The notes beneath the pieces were generated by a model. The model worked only from the letters and a program-made list of their open reading frames with translations. It ran no database searches and was not told where the DNA came from. A stretch of 46,436 nt of DNA from Clostridia bacterium (GTDB lineage: Bacteria; Bacillota; Clostridia; Oscillospirales; CAG-272). This document shows positions 8,818-17,191 of this stretch, in pieces; within the stretch, counting starts at the first letter, position 1, and every line of letters starts with the position of its first letter. A program made the translations under genes and the position numbers. The DNA lies in contig JAFTLZ010000143.1 in NCBI GenBank assembly GCA_017452665.1, positions 1 to 46,436 on the forward strand, in the 5' to 3' direction.

Positions 8818-10631
8818 CTTGCCCCTCCTTCCTCGGTCTGCTTCATTTGCGAATTGTAAATATCACGGTAGGTCGCGCTGGTGCGCATCAATTCCTCATG
8901 CGGTGCGCAATCGGTAATGGTGCCGTTCTCCAGCACCGCGATCCGATCGGCATTCTTGACGCTTGCAATGCGCTGTGCGATCAAAATGATCGTCGTGTCC
9001 TGCAAATTCTCGTGCAGAGCCTTTTGCAGCTTTGCCTCGGTGGCAAGATCCAGTGCCGAGGTAGAATCGTCAAAGATCAAGATTTCCGGCTTGCGGGTCA
9101 GCGCGCGCGCAATGGAAAGACGCTGCTTCTGTCCGCCGGACAAGGACGCGCCCTTTTCGGCAATAAAGCTGTTGTATCCGTCGGTAAAGCTCATGATAAA
9201 ATCATCCGCCTGCGCGATTTGCGCGGCTTTTTTGATTTCCGCTTCGCTTGCCTTAGGGTCGCCCCAACGAATGTTATTTGCAACCGTATCCGAAAACAGC
9301 TCGCTCTTTTGCAGGACACATCCAATCTTTTTGCGCAAAGCGGTCAGATCATAGTTTTGAATCGGTACCCCGTTGATCTCAACCGCGCCCTCGGTCGCAT
9401 CGTAAAAACGCGGGATCAGATTGACCAGCGAGGTCTTGCCGCATCCTGTGGCACCGATGATCGCCAGCGTCTCACCCTTACGCACCTCTAAGTTGATGTC
9501 ATGCAAAACCGGTCTGCCCACGGTTCCGGGATAGCGGAACGCCACCTGCTTCATCGAGATCGCAACGTCCGACGCAGAAGCCGTCTCTGTTCCGCTCACG
9601 ATCACGGGATCGGTATCCAGAACCTCACGCACGCGCTTGCCTGATGCCATTGCGCGGGAAATGGATTGAAACATCATGGTTGCCATCATGATCGAGTTGA
9701 CCACCTGCGTAATGTAGGTGATGCCCGCCATAACGGTACCCGTGCTCATACCTGCCAGACCTGCGCTCAAATCCACAGCGCCGATGTAGATCAATGCGAT
9801 CACAGCGCCGTTTTGGATCACCGTCAGAACGGGATTGATGATTGCCATCAGCTTCAGCACGCGATAATTGACCGAGCACAGCCCGTCGTTTGCCTTTGCA
9901 AAGCGTTCGTTTTCAAAGCTCTCGCAAACATACGCCTTGACCACGCGTGCGCCGCTGACGTTTTCCTGCACCACCGAGTTCACTCCGTCCAATCTCTTTT
10001 GCACCTGCGAGAACATCGGGATCGCGCGCTTGAGTACCAAAAAGACAGTAACCGCCAAAATCGGCAGTGCGCACAGCAGGATGACGCCGAACTTTACGTT
10101 CAGCATCAGCAGCATTACGGTGCCGCCCAAAAAGAACATCGGCGCGCGCACAAAATGCCGTGTGATCATTTCTACAAATTCCACCACCATCGAAACGTCG
10201 TTGGTCATTCTTGTCACAAGCGACCCCGTGGTAAAGCGGTCGGTCTGCTCAATAGAGAGCGACATCACACGCCGATACGCATCGCGGCGCAGATCGTGTC
10301 CAAAGCCCTGTGCCGCACGTGCAGAGGTATAGGCGCAGAACGTGCCGAAAAATCCGCCGACCAGCGTGATCAGTAGCATCATGATGCCAAAGGTCAAAAC
10401 GATCTGAAATTGCGTGTAATCATTTCCGTAAAATAAATTCATCACGCTCTCGGCAAATCCGCCATCCTGCCGAATCGTCACCAAGCCGTTTTCCAGGATA
10501 CCGTAATCTACGATGTAGGACATCAAAAACGGCAGGCAAAGGTCAGCCAGCACCTCCCCCATCATCATCAGCGGGGAGATGATGGCAAGGAACAGATACG
10601 GCTTGATGTAGGAGATCAAACTTTTTTTCAA
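8814..10631 (-). CDS. ABC exporter, fused permease and ATPase, first subunit of a heterodimer.
   Basis: Walker A GATGCGKTS, signature LSGGQKQR, Walker B ILIFDDSTS. TTG start at 10631 with an upstream GAGAGGAAA. Its stop overlaps the next gene's start (ATGA at 8814-8817). Confidence 0.9.
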   Translation of the reverse strand: MKKSLISYIKPYLFLAIISPLMMMGEVLADLCLPFLMSYIVDYGILENGLVTIRQDGGFAESVMNLFYGNDYTQFQIVLTFGIMMLLITLVGGFFGTFCAYTSARAAQGFGHDLRRDAYRRVMSLSIEQTDRFTTGSLVTRMTNDVSMVVEFVEMITRHFVRAPMFFLGGTVMLLMLNVKFGVILLCALPILAVTVFLVLKRAIPMFSQVQKRLDGVNSVVQENVSGARVVKAYVCESFENERFAKANDGLCSVNYRVLKLMAIINPVLTVIQNGAVIALIYIGAVDLSAGLAGMSTGTVMAGITYITQVVNSIMMATMMFQSISRAMASGKRVREVLDTDPVIVSGTETASASDVAISMKQVAFRYPGTVGRPVLHDINLEVRKGETLAIIGATGCGKTSLVNLIPRFYDATEGAVEINGVPIQNYDLTALRKKIGCVLQKSELFSDTVANNIRWGDPKASEAEIKKAAQIAQADDFIMSFTDGYNSFIAEKGASLSGGQKQRLSIARALTRKPEILIFDDSTSALDLATEAKLQKALHENLQDTTIILIAQRIASVKNADRIAVLENGTITDCAPHEELMRTSATYRDIYNSQMKQTEEGGAR

Positions 10632-10682
10632 TGTTTTTTCCTCTCTTTTCCATTTTTACATGAATTACCAATCCATCCGGTT

Positions 10683-11159
10683 TTAATCAACCGTATGGTT
10701 TTCTTTTTCTGTGGGTAAAATATTGTCACGCATTCGTTCCAAAAGCTTCCTCAACAACTCGGTCTCCTCCAAAGAAAAGCCCTCCATCATGTCGGCATCC
10801 AAGCCATGCAAGCGTTCCAATACCTTCCTGTTGTGCTCTTTTCCGCGCTCGGTCAAATACACACGCGTCTTGCGCAGATCCATCGCATCCTGCTCGCGCC
10901 GCACCAAACCCTCGTCCTCCATGCGCTTGAGCGTGACGCTGACGGTAGGAGCCTTCAGGTGTGTCCGTTGCGTTAGCTGCAGTTGGCTGATGCCGTCCTC
11001 ACGTGATAATACGCGCATCATCAGCCGCGCACTGTCCTGCGACATTGCTCCCTCCAATTCATACGCGCGCATTCTGGCGGAGAACAGCCTTGCTATCTCA
11101 TTGACCAGCATACACGGAGTCGGCTGAAAATCAGGTTTCTTTCTCTCCACAAAAACCAC
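10683..11159 (-). CDS. MarR-family transcriptional regulator, first gene of the ABC exporter operon.
   Basis: Winged-helix core LTQRTHLKAPTVSVTLKRMEDEGLVRREQD..DLRKTRVYLTERG. GTG start with an upstream GAGGAAAG. An alternative ATG at 11111 lacks an RBS. Confidence 0.85.
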   Translation of the reverse strand: MVFVERKKPDFQPTPCMLVNEIARLFSARMRAYELEGAMSQDSARLMMRVLSREDGISQLQLTQRTHLKAPTVSVTLKRMEDEGLVRREQDAMDLRKTRVYLTERGKEHNRKVLERLHGLDADMMEGFSLEETELLRKLLERMRDNILPTEKENHTVD

Positions 11160-11193
11160 CTTTCCTCTACCCGGATTTCTCTTGGTTTTAAAA

Positions 11194-11207
11194 ATTAGTT
11201 TACTAAT
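11194..11207. promoter_or_regulatory. Palindrome ATTAGT-tt-ACTAAT just upstream of marR. Candidate MarR operator.
   Basis: Perfect 6-bp arms, 35-48 nt upstream of the marR start codon, in an AT-rich divergent intergenic region. Confidence 0.3.
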
Positions 11208-11421
11208 AAATTATATTCAAATTGGTATGCCATTTCAACAACATTTTGTAAACAAATTTGAAAAACGAGCAAAAAATCGGGCTTATTTCCACCGTGCGGG
11301 ACATTATGGTTATCATTGTTACTTATGAAAGCGCGCGCGTCGGCACACATTAGTAACGGCAATATGCAACAGCCTGCCACCGTAAAAAATCAAAGCCGTT
11401 ATACAAGAAAGGTACAAAATC

Positions 11422-12579
11422 ATGAAAAAAAGAATTTGGAAGCTTTTGTGTTGCTTCCTGCTAATGATTACTGCCGCACAGTCGGGCGCGGTCACAATCA
11501 TGGCGGATACACCTCAAAAGGAGATCGTTTTTGCCATGAGCAATCAAGTCACCGAACCCTTGACGCTTCCCGCAACCTCCACAGCACTTTCGGGGAGCGT
11601 CCTTTCCGACACCGTAGCCACTCTTTCCGCCGATGATCTGCAGGATCTGTATCTGTATCCCGGCGGAATGCCTTTTGGAGTAAAGTTTTATACCGAGGGC
11701 GTCACCGTTGTGGGCGTTTCGGATGTGGAAACCGAAAAAGGAACCGTCAATCCCGCAACCGAGGCCGGACTTCGCACAAAGGACGTGATCCTGAAGGTGG
11801 ACGGCGAGGTCTTATCCGGCGCCTCGGAATTGACCGACCGAATTGAAAACTGCAACGGAAACGCGCTGAACCTGATCTGCCGCCGCGGGAGCAAGACCTT
11901 TGAAACAACGCTGAAGCCGGTCTATTGCAAAGCCGAGGCGCGCTACAAAACCGGAATCTGGGTGCGCGACAGCGGTGCGGGCATCGGAACCGTGACCTTC
12001 ATTCTTCCCGACACGGGCGCCTTTGCCGGCTTGGGGCACGGCATTTGCGATGCGGATACGGGCAGCCTGATCTCTATGAAGCGCGGCAGCGTATCGGACG
12101 TGACCATCTCGGCGGTGGTCAGAGGAGAGTCCGGCAAGCCGGGGGAATTGAAGGGGTATTTCAACGCGGGAAAGGTCGGCGCTCTGCTGGGCAATTCTTC
12201 CTGCGGCGTTTGGGGGATGTTCAGTGAAGTTCCCGATTGTACCGCAGAGCCGCTCCCCGTTGGCTTGAAAGGCGAGCTTGAGGAGGGCGACGCCTATATC
12301 CTCTGCACGCTGGATAACAATAAAACCGAAAAATACGACGTCCGCATCTCCAATATCCATCCCGAAGCCACCGGCTCCAAATGCTTCACGGTTACGGTCA
12401 CCGACCCCGATCTCCTCGCCGTAACGGGCGGAATCGTGCAGGGCATGAGCGGCTCCCCCATCATTCAAAACGGTAAGCTCGTCGGCGCCGTCACGCATGT
12501 GCTCATCAACGATCCCACCACGGGATACGGAATTTTTATCGAAAATATGCTGGTCAATATGCCGCTGATGGCGAGATAA
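11422..12579 (+). CDS. spoIVB: Stage IV sporulation protein B, an S55 signalling serine peptidase.
   Basis: N-terminal hydrophobic anchor, PDZ-like segment (GLRTKDVILKVDGEVL), GLGHGI, and the C-terminal motif [34 protein letters not shown]. Confidence 0.9.
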   Translation: MKKRIWKLLCCFLLMITAAQSGAVTIMADTPQKEIVFAMSNQVTEPLTLPATSTALSGSVLSDTVATLSADDLQDLYLYPGGMPFGVKFYTEGVTVVGVSDVETEKGTVNPATEAGLRTKDVILKVDGEVLSGASELTDRIENCNGNALNLICRRGSKTFETTLKPVYCKAEARYKTGIWVRDSGAGIGTVTFILPDTGAFAGLGHGICDADTGSLISMKRGSVSDVTISAVVRGESGKPGELKGYFNAGKVGALLGNSSCGVWGMFSEVPDCTAEPLPVGLKGELEEGDAYILCTLDNNKTEKYDVRISNIHPEATGSKCFTVTVTDPDLLAVTGGIVQGMSGSPIIQNGKLVGAVTHVLINDPTTGYGIFIENMLVNMPLMAR

Positions 12580-12593
12580 AGAGAAAAAAGTTG

Positions 12594-12644
12594 CTCCTCA
12601 TAAACACACGGCAAGTACGTTTTATGAGGAGTAACTTTCTTTTG
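12594..12644 (+). terminator. Rho-independent-type terminator after the intact spoIVB ORF.
   Basis: Stem CTCCTCATAAA (12594-12604) pairs with TTTATGAGGAG (12621-12631), followed by TAACTTTCTTTT. Confidence 0.6.
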
Positions 12645-12748
12645 TCCCAAAAAGTTTTGTACTTATTATAACATACTCGTTGAGGTATCGTTCAAGGAAT
12701 AGGTGTAGACTAATTCATAATTTTATGATATAATTTTATAAAAGCCTA

Positions 12749-12779
12749 TTGACTTTACAGTTAACTATAATGTTATAAT
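12749..12779 (+). promoter_or_regulatory. MerR-type promoter with a 19-nt spacer and an internal dyad.
   Basis: TTGACT (12749-12754), 19-nt spacer containing TAcAGTTAACTaTA (12756-12769, core palindrome AGTTAACT), TATAAT (12774-12779). GAAGGAGG RBS precedes ATG 12801. Confidence 0.55.
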
Positions 12780-12800
12780 GATACCGAAGGAGGCGATGAC

Positions 12801-13901
12801 ATGATAAAAATAGGTGATTTGGCAAAGATTTGTAATGTTAGCACGCAGACCTTGCGGTATTATGATGCTGAAGGAGTTCTAAAACCGGATATTACAGATT
12901 CGTCAAGCGGCTACCGATTTTATTCGGTCGATGCGGTAGAAAAGTATAAAAAGATTTTATTTTATAAGAATCTTGGATTCTCTTTGGATGAAATCAAAAA
13001 AATACAGTCCGCGACAACGGAGAAATTGCGAGACATTCTGCAAAATAAAAAGGTAGCTTTATCGAAAGCTATCGAAAGATATAAGGAACAAATCAAAACG
13101 ATTGACGGTCTATGCGAAGAAAGTTCACAAAAACCTTTTTTTGCAGAAATCTTGCTTTTGCCTTTTGAAAACGATCCCAAAGTGATTGGCAAATGGCAGT
13201 TGTGCGGCGAGCTCTTTGACGAAAATGACTTGACATCTTTTGAAGAAGTAAAAAGTGATATTGCTGACAAAGAAATCATATTTATGCCTGGCGGCTCTTT
13301 CGCTTGGAGATACTTTTGGACAAAAGGCACGCTGTATAGAATTTCTCCTAAATATACCTTTGCAATTCCCAATTCTTACAGAACGGTTGAGCAGAATGGA
13401 ATTCGCTATATGATCATTCAATTTATGAGCGATGATTGTATTGACAATGGAGAAGATATGCTAACACTCTTCTATCGACAAATCGACAATGTGGCATATA
13501 CTGAACATCAGATACGTTCCAATATTGATAAAACAGATTTGCCGTTTATTGATGATGAATCGGTTCGTGGCGAATGGACAGTTTATGACTATGTCCCCAC
13601 CGTATCGGATTTTGATCCCGATTCTCATTACAGCAATAAAGAGGATATATATGCTGTAGATATTAAATTCTTATCTCGCGGCATCTGTACAAGAACGATT
13701 CGTACCATGTCGGGAAATGCAACCTATACGCTTCGCTACACAAAAGGCTTTGTTCTCAACGATAAAGAAATGACCGCCGAAGAATATCAGATCAAATCAA
13801 TAAGTGGCAAAGATTATCTTTTGGTACAGCATAAATCCGGAGATTATTTTTACGGTGATTTGACGCCGCATTGGTATGTTTTTGAGAGAAAGGATAATTG
13901 A
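12801..13901 (+). CDS. MerR-family transcriptional regulator with a ~250-aa C-terminal extension of unknown fold.
   Basis: N-terminal HTH IGDLAKICNVSTQTLRYYDAEGVLKP....SGYRFYS, then a coiled-coil linker. The C-terminal part looks like two related halves, each opening with a G.W motif (VIGKWQL, VRGEWTV). Confidence 0.85.
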   Translation: MIKIGDLAKICNVSTQTLRYYDAEGVLKPDITDSSSGYRFYSVDAVEKYKKILFYKNLGFSLDEIKKIQSATTEKLRDILQNKKVALSKAIERYKEQIKTIDGLCEESSQKPFFAEILLLPFENDPKVIGKWQLCGELFDENDLTSFEEVKSDIADKEIIFMPGGSFAWRYFWTKGTLYRISPKYTFAIPNSYRTVEQNGIRYMIIQFMSDDCIDNGEDMLTLFYRQIDNVAYTEHQIRSNIDKTDLPFIDDESVRGEWTVYDYVPTVSDFDPDSHYSNKEDIYAVDIKFLSRGICTRTIRTMSGNATYTLRYTKGFVLNDKEMTAEEYQIKSISGKDYLLVQHKSGDYFYGDLTPHWYVFERKDN

Positions 13902-13902
13902 T

Positions 13903-14505
13903 ATGAAAAAGGAAAATAGAGTAGAGCAATATTTTTATCAAAAGGATTTTTCTATATTAGAAATAATTTTGCTAATTATAGCTATTGTTTCCTTAATTGT
14001 AACGACATTTATTCAAGGCGGAGGACCTATAGGTCTTTCAACTTTATTGGTTTGTGTTTTGGCTTTTTTCATCTGTCGTTCGTTCAAAATTAAAGATAAT
14101 GAAATTGAACAAGCCTTAAAAAAAATAATGCAGGATAATAAAGTTAAGTGTTCTGAAAATGCTATTGAATGTTATGAATTAAAAAACACGGTAATAAAGA
14201 AGAGAAAGGACGGAAAATTCATTTCTCCAAAATATTATATTACCGATATTATATTTTCTTCAGAATATACTCTTTTTAATATTTATATTATTGATTTAAT
14301 TAAGCAATCTGTGGAAATGGTTTCTTATAGTGTAAATATTAATCAAATAATCACTTTAAGAGAGGAAACAATAAAAACCAATGCTGGATTGGCCAAAGTG
14401 TCTTACCTCGAAATCGAGAATGGTTGTGTAATTCCTGTTGTACTGAATGATTATAAGTCCTCTCAATTATTACAAAAAATATGTGACAGACATAAACAAG
14501 AATAA
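13903..14505 (+). CDS. Two-TM membrane protein of unknown function.
   Basis: ATG lies 1 nt after the MerR stop, with AAAGGA 9 nt upstream. TM hairpin FSILEIILLIIAIVSLIVTTFI / LSTLLVCVLAFFICRSF, followed by a ~130-aa soluble domain. Confidence 0.7.
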   Translation: MKKENRVEQYFYQKDFSILEIILLIIAIVSLIVTTFIQGGGPIGLSTLLVCVLAFFICRSFKIKDNEIEQALKKIMQDNKVKCSENAIECYELKNTVIKKRKDGKFISPKYYITDIIFSSEYTLFNIYIIDLIKQSVEMVSYSVNINQIITLREETIKTNAGLAKVSYLEIENGCVIPVVLNDYKSSQLLQKICDRHKQE

Positions 14506-14531
14506 AATACTTATTAAATAGGAGATATTAA

Positions 14532-15104
14532 ATGATTTTACCAAAAGATTTACAAAAATATTGCAGAAATAGAATTTTAAAAAGAGTCATTCCTTGTATA
14601 ATTCTGATTTCCGTGTTTGCAACAATATTGATTTTATGGGGAAACGTTATTTTTAATACGGGTAACAAGGCGTTCCAAACATCCTGTTTTATTGTCGTTA
14701 TGTTAATTCCGTTTGTTATCACGGGAGTTCCTCATAAACTGATTGATTCAACTTATTACGGAACAGTAAAGAAAGTCGATATTGTTACTACAACGGATAA
14801 TGATTCTTCCGTTAAACCTACCCGTGAGCACTTATATTTGAAGAATACCGTTTATTTGAGCATTGAACGACCAGACAGTAAGCTCATATATAAAAAAGCA
14901 TATAGCGGTAAGGTACAGTTGCAACAAAATATTAATACGTATAACGAAGGTGATTTGGTATTTCATCTTTACGGAACGAATACTGTTGTTGTTTTGCCCG
15001 ATTACAATGACAACACTGTTCTTTGTGCTGTTTGCGGTTCTTCCAACAATATTGAGAATGATAAATGCCGTGAGTGTGGTCATTCACTAATAAAGGATAT
15101 CTAA
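14532..15104 (+). CDS. Two-TM membrane protein with a C-terminal zinc ribbon; function unknown.
   Basis: AGGAGA 6 nt upstream of the ATG. TM hairpin VIPCIILISVFATILILWGNVIF / SCFIVVMLIPFVITGV. C-terminal CAVC-x10-CREC. Confidence 0.7.
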   Translation: MILPKDLQKYCRNRILKRVIPCIILISVFATILILWGNVIFNTGNKAFQTSCFIVVMLIPFVITGVPHKLIDSTYYGTVKKVDIVTTTDNDSSVKPTREHLYLKNTVYLSIERPDSKLIYKKAYSGKVQLQQNINTYNEGDLVFHLYGTNTVVVLPDYNDNTVLCAVCGSSNNIENDKCRECGHSLIKDI

Positions 15105-15112
15105 ATTGAATC

Positions 15113-15153
15113 ACCGCCGAGGTCATCCATTTTGAGTGCTCTCGGCGGTTTTT
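15113..15153 (+). terminator. Terminator of the cassette operon.
   Basis: Stem ACCGCCGAG (15113-15121) pairs with CTCGGCGGT (15141-15149), followed by TTTTT. Confidence 0.6.
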
Positions 15154-15203
15154 ATGAATTTTCCGTTAAAATGTGTCGTTCTTTACCCAGCACACTCGTG
15201 TCA

Positions 15204-15319
15204 GGCTCCCCTATCATTCAAAACGGCAAGCTCGTAGGAGCCGTCACCCACGTTTTAATCAACGATCCCACAACGGGCTACGGAATTTTTATGGAAATAT
15301 GCCGCTGATGGCAAGGTGA
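15204..15319 (+). pseudogene. Detached, frame-broken second copy of the last ~40 codons of spoIVB.
   Basis: It encodes [29 protein letters not shown], identical to the intact gene, despite 11 synonymous differences in 87 nt. A 13-nt deletion follows, then a matching ATGCCGCTGATGGC..stop. Confidence 0.85.
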
Positions 15320-15366
15320 CCGAATGCGGAATAGGGAATGCGGAGTGCGGAATTGAATCAGAAAAG

Positions 15367-15403
15367 GCAATATCATTCCATAATGGTTTGATATTGCTTT
15401 TTT
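15367..15403. terminator. Hairpin plus T6 after the spoIVB remnant. Possibly bidirectional with the convergent AraC gene.
   Basis: Stem GCAATATCA (15367-15375) pairs with TGATATTGC (15389-15397), then TTTTTT. An A-rich run lies upstream. Confidence 0.55.
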
Positions 15404-15447
15404 ACAGATCGGTGCTTGCGGGAGAGGCGGACGGAAAAGTATCCCGG

Positions 15448-16185
15448 TTATGAGCGCGATGCAAAGCGAAAAGCGGATGGCGAAAGGGTTGTATGCTTTT
15501 TGAAGAAGTTACTAAAATAATATTCGTTTTCAAATCCGCAGGCGGATGAAATATCCTTGATCAGAAGATCGGTATCCGCAAGTAGCACTTTCGCCTTTTG
15601 TAAGCGAAGTGCGATGATATAATCGGAGGGAGTCATTCCCGTAAAACTCTTGAAGCGGCGCAAAAACTGCACGTAGGACAGCCCGCTCTCCTCGCCGATC
15701 CTTGCAAGATCCACGCCGATATGAAGGGTGCGGCGAATTTTTCCAACGGCGTCCTCAATGGTGGCGTCGATGCTTTGCATACTGCGGTTTTCCATTGCGT
15801 GTTGCATGGCAAGGTCGGCAAACAGATGGCTGCGACATTCAAAATCATTGCCAAACACCTCGGCGTCCAACTGCTCCAGCATGGAAAGGGTGGTTGAAAG
15901 ACGTGCCTGATCGTGAAAGATCACGTGATCGGTGTCAAATGCATGCTCCTCGGATTTATATCGGAACAGATACATGGTAACGGGGGTGATCACGCGGCGG
16001 TGATACAGCACGTTTTTTCTGAAAAGTGCGCCCTCATTTTTTTGTATGACAAAGCTCCCCTCTTCGTTTTCCATGTAAAAACTCCCGTCCTTGACAAGCG
16101 CAAATATATCATCCGTACCGATAAAATTTTCCATGATGAATTGCTCACGGTATACACGCAGGGCAACGATCAGTTGTATTTTCAT
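15448..16185 (-). CDS. AraC-family transcriptional regulator.
   Basis: C-terminal double HTH (LSYVQFLRRFKSFTGMTPSDYIIALRLQKAKVLL ... ACGFENEYYFSNFFKKHTTLSPSAFR). ATG 16185 with GGAGA 5 nt upstream. Confidence 0.85.
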   Translation of the reverse strand: MKIQLIVALRVYREQFIMENFIGTDDIFALVKDGSFYMENEEGSFVIQKNEGALFRKNVLYHRRVITPVTMYLFRYKSEEHAFDTDHVIFHDQARLSTTLSMLEQLDAEVFGNDFECRSHLFADLAMQHAMENRSMQSIDATIEDAVGKIRRTLHIGVDLARIGEESGLSYVQFLRRFKSFTGMTPSDYIIALRLQKAKVLLADTDLLIKDISSACGFENEYYFSNFFKKHTTLSPSAFRFASRS

Positions 16186-16294
16186 AGCAATCTCCGATGA
16201 TAAAATATTATATCTTTATTATAACAGAGCGTATTGAAAATGTCAATATATCGGTGCTATAATAAAGATACGAAAAAAATCAACGGAGGAAAAA

Positions 16295-17173
16295 ATGGGA
16301 TATATCAGTATATTGATCGCCCTGCTCGCGGGTACGGCCAAGGGCTACATGGGCAAGCGATTGAGCAACACCGTGACAACGCACAGGCAATCGGTGTTTG
16401 TCAACATGGTACGCATGGTGATCTGTATTTTCATCAGCGCAGCGGTCCTTGCCGTCGAGGCATGGAGCAGCGGATTTTATATGGACGGTGCCGCATGGGG
16501 ATTGGGTGTGCTTGCGGGTGTTACGGTTTCGCTGTTTATGGTCACATGGATGCTGACGGTGCGCCGCGGTGCGTTTATGCTGATCAGCGTGGCGCAAATG
16601 TTCGGCGTCGTGGTGACACTGGTCTGCAGTTTTATCGTGTTCCGCGATCCCATCACTCCGTGGCAGCTCTTAGCAATTGCAATCCTGACGGTTGCCGTGC
16701 TGATCATGGTGTCATACAGTGCGGGGATCAAGGGGAGGCTCAGCATCGGCTCGGTGATTCTGCTGATCGTCTGTGGGGTATCCAGCGGATTGTACGACTT
16801 CTCTCTCAAGCTGTTTACCCACTATTCCGAAGCAAGCATCTCCACGCTGAACCTGATCTCGTACTTTGTGGCTGCGATCGCCTTGTTGACCGTATTTTTG
16901 CTTCCATCCGAGGGTGGGAAATTTGATGCGGGAAAAATGCTCCGCTCGACGCTGATCACGATTGCGATCATGTCGGTGTGCTTGTTTATCAATTCCTATT
17001 TCAAGGCGCTTGCCAACGACTATCTTCTGCCGGCGCAGGTCTATCCGATCTATCAGGCAGGCGGCTTGATTTTCAGCGCGGTTATGGCGGCAGTGTTCTT
17101 TCAGGAGAAGATCACTTTGCGATGCGTGATCGGTATGGCACTTGCGTTCGTTGCGATTTTGCTTTTGAAATAA
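16295..17173 (+). CDS. Polytopic membrane transporter, EamA/DMT-like (tentative).
   Basis: About ten hydrophobic helices in two halves. GGAGGA RBS precedes ATG 16295. Confidence 0.65.
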   Translation: MGYISILIALLAGTAKGYMGKRLSNTVTTHRQSVFVNMVRMVICIFISAAVLAVEAWSSGFYMDGAAWGLGVLAGVTVSLFMVTWMLTVRRGAFMLISVAQMFGVVVTLVCSFIVFRDPITPWQLLAIAILTVAVLIMVSYSAGIKGRLSIGSVILLIVCGVSSGLYDFSLKLFTHYSEASISTLNLISYFVAAIALLTVFLLPSEGGKFDAGKMLRSTLITIAIMSVCLFINSYFKALANDYLLPAQVYPIYQAGGLIFSAVMAAVFFQEKITLRCVIGMALAFVAILLLK

Positions 17174-17191
17174 CAAAAAGGAGAAATGAAA

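Larger units (their letters stand above)
12580..15203 (+). mobile_element. AT-rich ~2.6-kb inserted cassette of three genes with no recombinase, flanked by two copies of the spoIVB 3' end.
   Basis: Composition by eye is far more AT-rich than both flanks. It has its own promoter and terminator. It is bounded by 12451-12579 and 15204-15319, which are homologous. Confidence 0.55.

Noticed and set aside
11330-11421. Possible sigma-F/sigma-G forespore promoter upstream of spoIVB (GTTATA ... GGTACAAAAT).
   Set aside because: The best match overlaps the RBS and start codon, which would leave no leader, and it deviates from the consensus at a key position. It is not supportable by eye.
15322-15353. 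Short direct repeats GAATGCGGA (15322, 15336) and GTGCGGAAT just after the spoIVB remnant, considered as possible att-site or iteron-like elements.
   Set aside because: There are only two to three imperfect 9-mers, with no counterpart at the left end of the cassette. The evidence is insufficient.
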